Shown here: positions 49,001 to 59,077 of the stretch, piece by piece
Layout of the letters: each line of letters begins with the position of its first letter
How positions within the stretch are numbered: the stretch's first letter is position 1
Assembly: GCA_965219445.1 (NCBI GenBank)
Contig: CBDCNQ010000001.1
Span: 1-64,000 of the forward strand
DNA: 64,000 nt
Direction of reading: 5' to 3'
DNA from: Longimicrobiales bacterium
GTDB lineage: Bacteria; Gemmatimonadota; Gemmatimonadetes; Longimicrobiales; Gaopeijiaceae
Translations under genes and position numbers: made by a program
Notes under the pieces: model-generated
Told to the model about the DNA's origin: nothing
The model's input: only the letters and a program-made list of their open reading frames with translations
The model's database searches: none

Positions 49001-50669
49001 TATCGAGCGACATCACGATCTTCTCCCTGAGAGAGTCGATCGGTGGATTGGTCACCTGCGCGAAGCGCTGCCGGAAATAGGTGTAGAGGAGGCGGCCGGG
49101 GCGGTTCAGCGTGGACGGGGGAGTGTCATCACCCATCGAGCCCGTGGGTTCCTTACCGTCGCGTCCCATGGGCGTGAGAACGTATCCGATTTCTTCTTGT
49201 GTGTACCCGTGTAGCGCCTGCAGGCGCAGCAGATCAGGGCCATGCGAAGCGGCCTGATATCGGTTCGGGTCGAGCTCCAGGGCGGGAAGATGATGGAGAT
49301 TCTCGCTCACCCACTTACCGTACGGCCGCTGCGCGGCCATTTCGGCTTTGATTTCATCGTTGTGGAAGAACTGGCGCCGAGCCGTGTCGACGGCAATCAT
49401 CTCACCGGGTCCGACCCTTCCCGACTCCACGATCTCGTTCAGGGGCAGGTCGGCCAACCCGACTTCCGAACTCATGATCACCACGCCGCCGGCCGTGACC
49501 TGATACCGGGCGGGGCGGAGGCCATTACGGTCCATCACGGCAGCGGCCACCGTGCCATCCGTGAATGCGACCGCAGCCGGACCATCCCACGGCTCGGTGA
49601 GACAAGCGTGATACTCGTAGAACTCCCGGAGCTGGGGATCCATGTTGGGCATGCTCTCCCACGCCTCCGGGATCAGCATCGCCATGGCGTGGAGCAGGCC
49701 GCGGCCAGAGGTCGCGAGGAGTTCGAAAGCCTCGTCCAAGGAGGCCGTGTCGGACCCGATGGGATGGATGACCGGGATGAGATCCTCGAGCTTGTCGCCC
49801 CAAAATCGCGAAATGAGCTCGGGCTCGCGCGCCGACATCCAGTTCCGGTTGCCGACGAGCGTGTTGATCTCCCCGTTGTGCGCGATCAAGCGGAACGGCT
49901 GGGCGAGGGGCCAGGTCGCGAGCGTGTTCGTGGCAAACCGCTGATGGAAGAGGGCGATTGCGGACACCGTCCGCTCGTCCTCGAGGTCAGGAAAGAAGCG
50001 GGCGAGGTCGGTCGCGACCATGAGACCCTTATAAACGACCGTCCGCGCGGACATCGAGACTATGTAGCAATCAATGTCCTCCCGCCGGTAACCCGCCTCG
50101 GCCCGCGCACGAGCGAGGTAGAGCGTTCGGTCGAACTCGGCGCTCGACATGCCCGAAGGCCTCTCGAGAAAGAGTTGCTCGATCCCAGGAAGAGACTTCA
50201 GGGCCGAGGCGCCAAGCACAGACGGGTCCGTCGGGACGACTCTCCAGCCGAGGGCCACGATGCCCGTCCGGACCACCGCGTCCTCCAGGATGGCGCGGGA
50301 TCGTTCACGCATTTTGGTTTCTGTGGGCAAGAAGACCATCGCTGTTGCGAGCCGCGACAGGTCGCTCTCGTCCATGCCCATGCGGGCGGCGTCCTCACCC
50401 AACAGCTCATGAGGAAGCTGAAGTGTCACGCCCGCACCGTCTCCCGATGCCGCGTCGGCTGAAACAGCGCCCCGGTGCGTGAGGTTCGCCACCGAGTGCA
50501 CCGCCAGCTCTACAATCTCATGTGTTCGCTCACCGTCGATCTTGACGATGAAACCGGTCCCACAGCCGTCGTGCTCGAACGCCGGGTTATAAAGAGGCGG
50601 CGGGTTCGAGGGGGACCAGTCGGCCCCCGACGGCGACCCTTCGTGTCCAGTACTCAACTTCCGAGGCAT
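46047..50669 (-). CDS. gltB: Glutamate synthase large subunit / ferredoxin-type GOGAT
   Basis: HDGCGTGF (Cys1), HNGEIN, KIAQGAKPGEGG, CKMARQCHLNTC, CEYMTGG. Confidence 0.97.
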   Translation of the reverse strand: MPRKLSTGHEGSPSGADWSPSNPPPLYNPAFEHDGCGTGFIVKIDGERTHEIVELAVHSVANLTHRGAVSADAASGDGAGVTLQLPHELLGEDAARMGMDESDLSRLATAMVFLPTETKMRERSRAILEDAVVRTGIVALGWRVVPTDPSVLGASALKSLPGIEQLFLERPSGMSSAEFDRTLYLARARAEAGYRREDIDCYIVSMSARTVVYKGLMVATDLARFFPDLEDERTVSAIALFHQRFATNTLATWPLAQPFRLIAHNGEINTLVGNRNWMSAREPELISRFWGDKLEDLIPVIHPIGSDTASLDEAFELLATSGRGLLHAMAMLIPEAWESMPNMDPQLREFYEYHACLTEPWDGPAAVAFTDGTVAAAVMDRNGLRPARYQVTAGGVVIMSSEVGLADLPLNEIVESGRVGPGEMIAVDTARRQFFHNDEIKAEMAAQRPYGKWVSENLHHLPALELDPNRYQAASHGPDLLRLQALHGYTQEEIGYVLTPMGRDGKEPTGSMGDDTPPSTLNRPGRLLYTYFRQRFAQVTNPPIDSLREKIVMSLDTYLGRRHSILEEEPEAARLVHLMSPVMSEGELVQLWEGTPEGFSISKLEACFAVADGAEGLERSLDDLCTAASAAVVDGSQVLVISDRFSDESHAPIPMLLAVSTVHFHLIREGLRMRASIVAEAGDARDVHHFAALIGFGASAICPYLAFETLGGMVAAGDFDGQALDEVIANYRKAADAGILKVMSKMGISAVSSYHGAQIFEVLGLSDEVLHRCFTTTRSRIGGIGFRHIAADAIERHTQAYSAEKLERGGWYKFRRDGDYHANTPQVWRALHKTVQGGGRDEYQAYRDLVHSRPPTALRDLLELSSDRDPIGLDRVEPVEDVAQRFQTGAMSLGALSPEAHEDLARAMNRIGGLANTGEGGEDPRRYTPDGDKLDANSSVKQVASGRFGVTPAYLVGAQELEIKIAQGAKPGEGGQLPGHKVSAYIARLRHVTVGTPLISPPPHHDIYSIEDIAQLIYDLKVVNPTARVIVKLVASEGVGTIAAGVAKAYADVIQISGADGGTGASPLTSIKYAGIPWELGLAETQQTLMMNGLRGRVILSTDGGMHTGKDVVVAALLGADRYGFGTAALIAIGCKMARQCHLNTCPVGIATQAEEYREKYFGTPEMVIQFLTHVGEDVREILATLGYERLDDVIGRADLLKQIEGAEGDRWRGVDLSKMITRTSGGPAHVVQERNDRPGSPLDDRILEDIGSAIEDGGTFRGSYEILNRDRTVGGRISGRIAQVHGDGGLPPGSIDLLFRGSAGQSFGAWLANGVRLGLVGEANDYVAKGMSGGEITVCPPPGSRFLEQKATLVGNTVLYGATGGDLFVSGGAGERFGVRNSGGRAVVEGVGDHACEYMTGGVVVIIGDTGRNLGAGMSNGLAYVLDEFGDLPSRVNHDLVEIQAVAHAQDMELLKTMIERHYERTGSRRAQELLGAWEVVLPKFRKVVPQAVPGQVDPMSEVGNQLRSLREEVGLVDESLPAQASPNVPTAPSLTVNP

Positions 50670-50678
50670 ACATCTCCT

Positions 50679-50713
50679 GATCTATAATCTTGAGTCTTTA
50701 ATCTTTAGTCTTT
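50679..50713 (-). repeat. Five tandem heptamers (AAAGAYT-like) immediately 5' of the gltB RBS
   Basis: mRNA sense AAAGACU AAAGAUU AAAGACU CAAGAUU AUAGAUC AGGAG. Confidence 0.85.
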
Positions 50714-50743
50714 CCCAATCCATCCCAGACGATCATACCAAAC

Positions 50744-50776
50744 AAAAAACGGCCCCCCCCACATTGGAGAAGGCCG
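50744..50776 (-). terminator. Intrinsic terminator inside the gltB leader
   Basis: CGGCCUUCUCCA-AUG-UGGGGGGGGCCG followed by U6. Confidence 0.85.
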
Positions 50777-50972
50777 CTCGAGGAACCGAAATTACCTGCT
50801 CAGCTCACCCGCATGCGTCTCCATTGCGGAGCCCACTTCGGCCTCGCTTTCGAGATTCGGGGCAAGTGCGTGCTGGTACGGGTGACTTCGGTGAACGGCG
50901 AACGCTCATCGGATTCTTACCTGAGACGACCCAATTGCGAGGACCTACCAGGCACTTTCACTTGCTCTCCAT
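50744..50972 (-). promoter_or_regulatory. Candidate structured cis-regulatory RNA (attenuator/riboswitch) of gltB
   Basis: Nested long-range stems, several hairpins, alternative pairings with the terminator. Confidence 0.6.
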
Positions 50973-51162
50973 GGGGGCGCAGGCCCCGACAATCTGTCTG
51001 TACTTGCCGATCCCGCCGGAATGTCTGCACCGGTGGCACCTAGACAAGTTTCGCGAGGGAATCAATGAGAATAGGACCTTCGTGCCTCAACAGCAAGTAG
51101 CGTGCGCGTCGGAAACACACTCTCCACCCTCCCGGCGGCCGCCGAAATGAGCGGCCCGTACC

Positions 51163-51552
51163 CTAAAGGCCGCAGGTCCGGAGCGCCGGGTGGATCTCCA
51201 ACAGAATGACATCACCGGGGCTGGCCAGGACCGGACGCGTCGTGCAACGCCCATAGGCCAGCAAGTCGATTTCGATTCGAAGCTCTTCGATCGCATCCCA
51301 CGGGAGTATGAACTCGGCCGTTTGGGTTCCGATAACGATGCCCAGGCGGCGGCGTCCTCCGGACCAACTCACGTGCAGTGTGGCATCCTCGAAAGCGAAG
51401 TTAGTGACCTCGATGTTGATCCGGGCGTCCTCCGCGCTGACGAACGGACTCCTCGACGTCGTGCTGCAACCCAAGCCGGCGCCGGAGAGTACGACCCCGA
51501 TCACCGCTATGAGCCCATATTCCCTCATCGTCGAGTTCCCCTTCGTTTGCAT
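51163..51552 (-). CDS. Small putative lipoprotein
   Basis: Hydrophobic signal ending in LGC; beta-rich mature part. Confidence 0.65.
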   Translation of the reverse strand: MQTKGNSTMREYGLIAVIGVVLSGAGLGCSTTSRSPFVSAEDARINIEVTNFAFEDATLHVSWSGGRRRLGIVIGTQTAEFILPWDAIEELRIEIDLLAYGRCTTRPVLASPGDVILLEIHPALRTCGL

Positions 51553-51662
51553 GCCCTCTGTGGACGAGCCCTGTGGACGAGTCGCCCCAGAAGATAGCTA
51601 CTCCCAGCGACTCGCTCGGGTCCTGTTGTCCGGACTGGCCGAGACACTTCTGGGACACCACA

Positions 51663-53168
51663 CTAGGACGGCGCGCGACCCTCGGCCAGCTCCTTCACGG
51701 CCTGAACCGCCTCGGACCAACCCGTTAGAAGAGTCGTACGCTCATCGTCGGACATCCTGGACGTGAACCAGGTGGCCTCCACCTGGGAGGCGAGAAAGTC
51801 ATCGGCGCTGGACCAGATTCCCGCTGCGAGTCCGGCTAAGCCCGCCGCTCCCAAGGCCGTCGTCTCCACGACATCCGGGCGGCGCACCGGGACCCCGAGC
51901 AACCCCGCCTGAAAGCGTAAGAGCCAATCGTTTCTCGCCGCTCCACCATCGACACGCAGCTCCGTCAATCTCGTCGAAGACTCCGCCTCCATGGCATCGA
52001 GGACCTCGTGCGTGCTGTATGCCATCGCCTCCAGCGCGGCCCGCACCAAGTGCCCGCGCGTCGTACCTCGCGTAAGACCAAAGAGTGCTCCACGAGCATC
52101 CGGTACCCAGTGTGGTGCCCCGAGCCCCACGAACGCTGGTACAAAGTAGACTCCGTCATTCGATTCCAGCCCTGCTGCCAGCGTCTCGGACTCGGATGCG
52201 TCGTCGATCAGGCCCAGTCCATCACGAAGCCATTGAATCGCCGCCCCCGCGATGAACACCGATCCCTCCAGAGCGAACGCCAACCCTCCCCCTGAATCAC
52301 ACGCCGCCGTGGTGAGGAGGCCGTGCCTCGAACGTACGATCCGCTCCCCGGTATGCATCAGGAGGAAGGCACCCGTACCGTACGTGCTCTTGGCCAAACC
52401 GGGAGACCAGCATCCCTGGCCGAATAACGCAGCCTGTTGGTCACCGGCGACTCCCGCGACCGGGACCTCGATCCCCAGAGCCTCACCCCGAACGACGCCG
52501 AAGTCACCGCTGCTGGCCCGCACGTCCGGAAGAAGCGCCTGGGGGATCTCGAGCGTGTCGAGAAGCCACGGATCCCACCCCGCGAGGGACAGGTTGTACA
52601 GCTGCGTGCGGGACGCATTCGTAGGGTCGGTCGCGTGGACCTCCCCGTTGGTGAGCCGCGCGATCAGCCATGAGTCGATCGTGCCGGCCGCCACCTCCCC
52701 CGCTTCGGCCCGTGCACGAAGTTCAGGACGCTCGCGAAGGAGCCAAAGCAGCTTCGTACCGGAGAAGTAAGGATCCAGCAGTAGTCCGGTGCGCTCGCGG
52801 ACTTCCGCCTCGTGGCCCGCCTCTTTGAGCTCAGCACACAACCCGGCGGTACGGCGGTCCTGCCAGACGATCGCGCGATGGAGGGGCTCCAGGGTCTCAC
52901 GATCCCAAAGGACGATGGTCTCGCGCTGGTTCGTGATCCCGATTCCTCTGACATCGGCCTTCACGGCGGTACCCAGAGCCTCACGAGCGACCGATTGCGT
53001 GACCTCCCAAATTTCCAGCGCGTCGTGCTCAACCCACCCAGGGTGGGGGAAGTGCTGTGTGAACTCCGAGTAAGCCCGGCCAAGGACCTGGCCATCCCCG
53101 GAGAGCACGAGGCAAGTGGTTCCCGTCGTGCCCTGGTCGATGGCGAGAATCGATGGGATGCGGCTCAT
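51663..53168 (-). CDS. glpK: Glycerol kinase
   Basis: AIDQGTT, TNQRET, WQDRRT, GDQQAALFGQ, VDGG. Confidence 0.97.
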   Translation of the reverse strand: MSRIPSILAIDQGTTGTTCLVLSGDGQVLGRAYSEFTQHFPHPGWVEHDALEIWEVTQSVAREALGTAVKADVRGIGITNQRETIVLWDRETLEPLHRAIVWQDRRTAGLCAELKEAGHEAEVRERTGLLLDPYFSGTKLLWLLRERPELRARAEAGEVAAGTIDSWLIARLTNGEVHATDPTNASRTQLYNLSLAGWDPWLLDTLEIPQALLPDVRASSGDFGVVRGEALGIEVPVAGVAGDQQAALFGQGCWSPGLAKSTYGTGAFLLMHTGERIVRSRHGLLTTAACDSGGGLAFALEGSVFIAGAAIQWLRDGLGLIDDASESETLAAGLESNDGVYFVPAFVGLGAPHWVPDARGALFGLTRGTTRGHLVRAALEAMAYSTHEVLDAMEAESSTRLTELRVDGGAARNDWLLRFQAGLLGVPVRRPDVVETTALGAAGLAGLAAGIWSSADDFLASQVEATWFTSRMSDDERTTLLTGWSEAVQAVKELAEGRAPS

Positions 53169-53773
53169 GGACCTGCCTCGGGCGACGATGCGAAGGCGTA
53201 CTCCCATCCGCTCTGCTCGAAGAGCCTAAGGAGGAGGGCCACGGGTAGCCCGACCACGCCAAAGTAATCTCCGCGAATTTCGGTCACGAGCGAGGCACCG
53301 AGCCCCTGAATCCCATAACCGCCAGCCTTATCAAGAGGCTCGCCGGTCGCCACGTAGGCGTGCGCGAATCCGGCTGAGAAGGGACGGAAAGTGACCTCAG
53401 TGGTCGAGTGTCCGCTACGCATCTCGCCGGACGGGAGGGCGAGCGCGAGCCCGCTCGCCACCCTGTGAGTCCGGCCTGCCAATCGTAACAGCATGGCCTC
53501 CGCATCCTTCGGCCCCGATGGCTTCCCAAAGATTTCGTCGTCCAACGCTACGACCGTATCACCCCCGAGCACGACCACGCCGGGACGCACAGACGCGACC
53601 GCGGTAGCCTTGTCTCGAGCGAGCCGCTCGACGTGGGCCTCGGCCGACTCTTCAGGCTGGACGGTCTCGGGAACCTCGGCCGGCTGGACCGTGAATCTCA
53701 AACCGAGCATTCGGAGGCAGTCACTGCGACGCGGAGAAGTCGACGCCAATACGAGGGGCGGTGGACGACTCAC
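53165..53773 (-). CDS. maf: Maf-family nucleoside triphosphate pyrophosphatase
   Basis: [28 protein letters not shown]. Confidence 0.95.
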   Translation of the reverse strand: MSRPPPLVLASTSPRRSDCLRMLGLRFTVQPAEVPETVQPEESAEAHVERLARDKATAVASVRPGVVVLGGDTVVALDDEIFGKPSGPKDAEAMLLRLAGRTHRVASGLALALPSGEMRSGHSTTEVTFRPFSAGFAHAYVATGEPLDKAGGYGIQGLGASLVTEIRGDYFGVVGLPVALLLRLFEQSGWEYAFASSPEAGP

Positions 53774-54210
53774 CGGTCGATGACCAGTGTCACTGGCCCA
53801 TCATTCGTCAGCGAGACATCCATCATCGCACCGAATTCCCCCGTGGCGACCCGGCCCGGCCGGCAGGCCTCGAGACGCTCCACGAAATGATCGTACAGCG
53901 GTATCGCGGTCTCCGGTGGTGCGGCATCTATGAAGCTTGGGCGCCGGCCTTTGCGGACGTCTCCATAGAGGGTGAATTGGCTCACCACCAGGATGGAGCC
54001 GTCCACGTCGGCCAGCGTGCGATTCATCTTGCCGGCGTCGTCTTGGAAAATGCGGAGCCCGATCACTTTGTCGGCCATCCACTCTACCTGATCGGTCGTG
54101 TCGCCGGCCTTGAAGCCCACCAACAGGACCTGCCCGAGACCGATCTCACCGACCACCCTACCCTCTATTGCGACGTTCGCCGCGCGGACGCGCTGAAGTA
54201 CGACCCTCAT
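53770..54210 (-). CDS. dtd: D-aminoacyl-tRNA deacylase
   Basis: SQFTL, NDGPVT. Confidence 0.97.
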   Translation of the reverse strand: MRVVLQRVRAANVAIEGRVVGEIGLGQVLLVGFKAGDTTDQVEWMADKVIGLRIFQDDAGKMNRTLADVDGSILVVSQFTLYGDVRKGRRPSFIDAAPPETAIPLYDHFVERLEACRPGRVATGEFGAMMDVSLTNDGPVTLVIDR

Positions 54211-54229
54211 GGGAAGGCGGCCGCGCTCG

Positions 54230-56068
54230 TCACTCCACGGTGACCGACTTGGCCAGGTTGCGTGGTTGGTCCACGTCCTTATTCCGGAGAATGGCAGCGT
54301 GGTAGGCCAACAGCTGCAATGGAATCGAGGTCAGCACCGGCAACAAAGCGGGAACAGTCTGAGGCACTTCGATCACGTGATCCAGCTTGCCGATCAGTTC
54401 CAGCGCCTCCCCGCTCACTACGGCCAGGATACGGCCGCCTCGGGCGCTCACTTCCTCGATGTTGGAGACAACCTTCGCGTACACGGGATCCCGTGGAGCG
54501 AGCGCGACCACCGGCATGTTTTCGTCGATGAGGGCGATCGGGCCATGCTTCATCTCGGCCGCCGGGTATCCCTCGGCGTGGATGTAACTCACTTCCTTGA
54601 GTTTGAGCGCCCCCTCAAGTGCCACGGGGAACTGATAACCACGGCCTAGATACAGAAAATTCCGAGCGTCCCCATACTCCGCGGCGAGTTCCCTCGTAAG
54701 GGGCTCCAGCTCGAGCGCCTGCGCCACCTGATCCGGCAATTCCTTCAACGCCCCGACCAGCTCCCTTCCCTGGAGAACAGAGAGGTTCCTGCGACGCCCC
54801 AGGTAGAGCGTAAATAGAGCCAGGGCGACGATCTGACTCGTAAATGCCTTTGTCGAAGCAACCCCGATCTCCGGGCCGGCGTGAAGATAGATGCCGAAGT
54901 CGGTCTTCCTAGAGATCGACGATCCGACAACGTTGACGATCCCCATGGTCGAGGCGCCACGTGAGCGAGCCTCCTCGAGCGCGGCGAGTGTGTCGGCCGT
55001 CTCACCCGACTGGCTGATGGCCAAGACCAGCGTATCGTCTTCGATCACCGGGCTCCGATAGCGAAACTCGGACGCATATTCGACCTCGACGGGTATGCCC
55101 GCGAGTTCTTCGAGCATGTATTCGCCAATGAGAGCCGCATGCCAGCTCGTGCCGCACGCCGTGATCACGATTCGGCGGATCCTCGCCAGCGCTTCGTCGG
55201 ACAGCGTGATTCCACCCAAGCGCGCATCTCCGGTCTCCTCCAACAACCGTCCACGCATGACGTCGCGAAGGCTCTCCGGCTGTTCGTGAATCTCCTTCAG
55301 CATGAAATGTTCGTAGCCGCCCTTTTCGGCGGCCTCGAGATCCCACTCGATCTGATGGACGGAGCGCCGTACGTCGCCCTGCTCGATGTGGAAGACACGA
55401 TAGCCCGCGGCGGTGAGGACCGCGCAGTCGCCATCGTCGAGATATACGACGTCCTTCGTGTGCTGGATCACAGCGGACGCGTCGGAGCCCACGAGGTACT
55501 CGCCATTCTTGCCGATTCCAATGAGGAGCGGGCTCCCCTTTCGGGCCACCACGATCTTCCCCGGGTCACGGCTGCTCACGACCGCGATACCGTACGCCCC
55601 CTCGACCTGGTCGAGGCCCGCGAGAACCGCATCCTCGAGGACGGAATTCTCTTGGAAGGCCTCATCGATGAGATGGACCACCGCCTCCGTGTCCGTCTCC
55701 GTTTCGAACGCGTACCCGAGATCAGAAAGCTTGGATCGAAGTACATCAGCGTTCTCGATGATCCCGTTGTGAACCAGTGCAATGTCTCTTCCCTGACTCC
55801 AGTGCGGATGCGCGTTCATGCGGTTGGGGGCGCCATGCGTTGCCCAGCGCGTGTGGGCGATCCCGCACGTACCCGGTGGCATGCCCTCTTCGAGGACCGT
55901 CTCCAGCTCCGCGAGTTTGCCCTCCTCCTTTACCGTACACAGGCGCCCCTCGGGGCTGATCACGGTCAAACCAGCCGAATCATACCCACGGTACTCGAGG
56001 CGCCGGAGCCCCTCCAGGAGAATCGGGCCGGCCTCTTTGGCTCCAACGTATCCGATGATTCCACACAT
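54230..56068 (-). CDS. glmS: Glutamine--fructose-6-phosphate aminotransferase
   Basis: [33 protein letters not shown]. Confidence 0.98.
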   Translation of the reverse strand: MCGIIGYVGAKEAGPILLEGLRRLEYRGYDSAGLTVISPEGRLCTVKEEGKLAELETVLEEGMPPGTCGIAHTRWATHGAPNRMNAHPHWSQGRDIALVHNGIIENADVLRSKLSDLGYAFETETDTEAVVHLIDEAFQENSVLEDAVLAGLDQVEGAYGIAVVSSRDPGKIVVARKGSPLLIGIGKNGEYLVGSDASAVIQHTKDVVYLDDGDCAVLTAAGYRVFHIEQGDVRRSVHQIEWDLEAAEKGGYEHFMLKEIHEQPESLRDVMRGRLLEETGDARLGGITLSDEALARIRRIVITACGTSWHAALIGEYMLEELAGIPVEVEYASEFRYRSPVIEDDTLVLAISQSGETADTLAALEEARSRGASTMGIVNVVGSSISRKTDFGIYLHAGPEIGVASTKAFTSQIVALALFTLYLGRRRNLSVLQGRELVGALKELPDQVAQALELEPLTRELAAEYGDARNFLYLGRGYQFPVALEGALKLKEVSYIHAEGYPAAEMKHGPIALIDENMPVVALAPRDPVYAKVVSNIEEVSARGGRILAVVSGEALELIGKLDHVIEVPQTVPALLPVLTSIPLQLLAYHAAILRNKDVDQPRNLAKSVTVE

Positions 56069-56127
56069 GTGGCGGTTCCTCTGTTCTTGCGACTCTGTTC
56101 TTGAGGCTCTGTCGTCGAGACTCCGGA

Positions 56128-57528
56128 CTACATTACTCCCGCCAGGACGGCGGTCGCCCGCTCGATCAGTTCCTCAGCCTCGCTTCGCTGAGGCGCCTCA
56201 GCGATCAAACGCACGACCGGCTCCGTACCCGAAGGCCGGACGTGCAGCCAGGCTTGACGCTCCATCCACTGTAAGCGAGCACCATCGGCCGAGTCGACAC
56301 CGTCGCTGGGGAGTTGCCGCTCCAACTCGAAATACGCGTCGGACAGCGCTTTCTTCGGAAAGTCGATCTTCGTCTTCACGATCGTGTACACCGGCCACCG
56401 AGCCACGGCAGCCGAAAGCGTCGACCCCTCGTCTACTAGATGTTGCAAAATAAGTGCCGAAGCCACCGGTGCGTCTCGGGTGTGATGGAGGTCCGGCAGT
56501 ATCACGCCGCCGTTCCCCTCTCCCCCCACGACCGCACCGTCGGACTGCATACGGCGCGCCACGTTGATCTCTCCGACCGGCGCTCGGGCGAGCTCACCTC
56601 CGTGAGCAAGAACTACATCCTCCACAACGCGACTGGTGGACAGGTTGGTCACGACAATCCCGGGGGTCCGCCGGAGCACCACCGCCGAGGCGAGCGCGAG
56701 CGTCAGATCCTCCCCCAGGGGAATGCCACTCTCGTCTACCAGCGCCAGGCGGTCCACATCGGGATCGACCGCCAACCCGAGGTCCGCACCCTCGCCGCGC
56801 ACGAAGTGAGCGAAATCGGCGAGGTTGGCGGCCGTCGGTTCGGGATCACGCGGAAAGCGCCCGTCCATTTCGGTGTTGACCGAAACGACCTCGCACCCCA
56901 GCGCTTCGAGAAGCTCAGGCATGATGCTAGCCCCGGCGCCTCGCACACAGTCGAGGGCGACCTTGAACGCTCGGGCGCGCAATGCCGGAAGATCCAACTG
57001 TGGTAACTCGAGGATGGCTTCAAGGTGACGGGCGGCGGCTCCATCGTCGGCCCGCACGGTACCGAGCTCGTCCCAAGAAGCACGGGCGGGATCATCGTGC
57101 AGGGCGAACTCCAGGAACGCCGACATGGTCTCGGTATCCAGAAATGTGCCCTCTGAGCCCGCAAACTTGAGCGCGTTCCATTCAGCCGGATTGTGGCTGG
57201 CCGTGACTCCGATGCCACCGAGAGCATCCGATTTCTCAACGGCGAGCATGAGCGTCGGCGTGGCCACCACGCCAAGATCCACTACGTCGCAGCCCACGGA
57301 GACAAGGCCCGATGCCACAGCCCCAGCGAGCATCGGCCCCGAGGTTCGGGAGTCCCTTCCGATCAAGACGTCACCGCAGCGGGCCTCTCCAGTACCCGCC
57401 GAGCGTCTTACGAATGCCCCGAACGCCGCTGCCAGCGAACACGCGAGTTCGGGCGTCAACGGGTCCCCGACCCTCCCCCGAAATCCCGAAACACTCACGA
57501 TAAGCCCGTCTGGAATTATGAGAGGCAT
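56128..57528 (-). CDS. glmM: Phosphoglucosamine mutase (phosphohexomutase family)
   Basis: TASHNP, DPDVDR, GGEGNGG, RPSGTEP; adjacent to glmS. Confidence 0.88.
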   Translation of the reverse strand: MPLIIPDGLIVSVSGFRGRVGDPLTPELACSLAAAFGAFVRRSAGTGEARCGDVLIGRDSRTSGPMLAGAVASGLVSVGCDVVDLGVVATPTLMLAVEKSDALGGIGVTASHNPAEWNALKFAGSEGTFLDTETMSAFLEFALHDDPARASWDELGTVRADDGAAARHLEAILELPQLDLPALRARAFKVALDCVRGAGASIMPELLEALGCEVVSVNTEMDGRFPRDPEPTAANLADFAHFVRGEGADLGLAVDPDVDRLALVDESGIPLGEDLTLALASAVVLRRTPGIVVTNLSTSRVVEDVVLAHGGELARAPVGEINVARRMQSDGAVVGGEGNGGVILPDLHHTRDAPVASALILQHLVDEGSTLSAAVARWPVYTIVKTKIDFPKKALSDAYFELERQLPSDGVDSADGARLQWMERQAWLHVRPSGTEPVVRLIAEAPQRSEAEELIERATAVLAGVM

Positions 57529-57812
57529 GTATTCAGAAGCCCTTCGGGGACATGGCCACTCCTTTTCGGGTCACGGGCCGCCCGGGATGGAGCAGCCTCA
57601 GGAACACTACCCAGGGTGCTGGAGCACCGTCAACGATTTTGTGTGCTGTCCCAGGGATATCGAGGGGTGGCACCGGCGGGGGAACACCGGGTACAAACGG
57701 GCCATCATCGAGCCCTGGGAGATCGCCCACACGGTGGAAGGCGTCTTTCTCCGGTGTCGATCGGGGCGCCCCATGATCACGCTACCTGAACCGACCGAAT
57801 AAGAGGGACTGA

Positions 57813-58973
57813 ATGAAGAAGCCACCATCGGACGGGACCCGCTTCGGGACCCTCGCCGTACACGCTGGACAAGAGCCCGAACCGATGACGGGTGCGATCG
57901 TGCCACCGATCTTCCAGACTTCCACCTACGTGCAGCCGGACGTCGCCGAACCGAAGCAGGGCTTCGACTACGCCCGGGTAAAGAACCCCACCACGGAGGG
58001 GCTCGAAGGGAAGGTGGCGGCCCTCGAGGGAGGAACACACGGGATCGCGTTCTCCAGCGGGTTGGCGGCGATCGAAGCGGTGGTCAAGCGCCTCTCGGCC
58101 GGTGACCACGTGGTGTGCGAAGAGAATGTGTACGGAGGTGTGATCCGCATGTATTCGCAGGTCCTCGAGAAGCTCGGACTGGATTTCTCCTTCGTGGACA
58201 CGAGGGACCCGGAGCGGATCCGTGACGCGATGCGCCCCAACACCCGGCTGGTGCATATCGAAACGCCCACGAATCCGATGATGAGGCTGTGCGACATCCG
58301 AGCGGCGGCCGATATCGCGCACGAGGGAGACGCCCTCCTCATGGTGGACAGCACGTTTTCCTCACCGTTCAACCAGCGGCCTCTGGCGTTGGGGGCCGAC
58401 GTGACCATGCACTCCTCCACCAAGTACTTGAATGGCCATTCGGACATTATCGGGGGTGTGCTCGTGGTCAACGATGACGATCTCGACGAGGACATCCGGT
58501 TCGTCCGGAAATCTTCTGGCGCCGTCCCGGGGCCGACGGATGCCTGGTTGTGCCTGAGGGGGATCCGGACGCTCCACGTACGCATGGCCCGCCACAATGG
58601 GAATGGGCTGGCGGTCGCCAAATTCCTCGAAGCTCACAGCGCCGTCGAGCGGGTGCTCTACCCGGGTCTGGAGTCCCACCCCCAGCACGAGTTGGCTGCC
58701 CGTCAGATGTCTGGCTACGGTGGAATGGTGGCAGTCGACCTGGGCGACCCGGTGCGGGCCCGGGCCCTGGCCACCGATACTCGTGTATTCCAGCTTGCGG
58801 AGAGTCTGGGCGGCGTCCAGTCTCTTATCAGCGTGCCGGCGCTGCAGACGCACGCATCGGTGCCGGAGGAGATGCGGGAAGCGATAGGTGTCACCGAGGG
58901 AGTCGTGCGGCTCTCGGTCGGGATCGAGGACCTCGAAGATTTGACACAGGACCTGGACCAGGCGCTGGCCTGA
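57813..58973 (+). CDS. Cystathionine gamma-synthase/lyase family PLP enzyme (MetB/MetC)
   Basis: PPIFQTSTY, ETPTNP, HSSTKYLNGHSD, AESLGG, RLSVGIED. Confidence 0.93.
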   Translation: MKKPPSDGTRFGTLAVHAGQEPEPMTGAIVPPIFQTSTYVQPDVAEPKQGFDYARVKNPTTEGLEGKVAALEGGTHGIAFSSGLAAIEAVVKRLSAGDHVVCEENVYGGVIRMYSQVLEKLGLDFSFVDTRDPERIRDAMRPNTRLVHIETPTNPMMRLCDIRAAADIAHEGDALLMVDSTFSSPFNQRPLALGADVTMHSSTKYLNGHSDIIGGVLVVNDDDLDEDIRFVRKSSGAVPGPTDAWLCLRGIRTLHVRMARHNGNGLAVAKFLEAHSAVERVLYPGLESHPQHELAARQMSGYGGMVAVDLGDPVRARALATDTRVFQLAESLGGVQSLISVPALQTHASVPEEMREAIGVTEGVVRLSVGIEDLEDLTQDLDQALA

Positions 58974-59077
58974 GGGCGGGTGCCCCGCGGCCGCGCCCTG
59001 AAACTTCCCCGCCGAGGGAGGCGGAAAGAGCTGAGGGCCCCTCACCCATCCGCACGGACCAAAGGAGATCGACAGCC

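Noticed and set aside
51078..51112. Sigma54 promoter for the gltB leader
   Set aside because: GCGCACG-N4-TTGCT lacks the invariant -24 GG
56069..56127. glmS ribozyme
   Set aside because: The spacer is only about 60 bp and shows no ribozyme core
57587..57802. 71-aa ORF or SAM riboswitch upstream of metB/metC
   Set aside because: No recognisable homology; GAGGGACTG is only the RBS region and the rest of a SAM-I fold is missing
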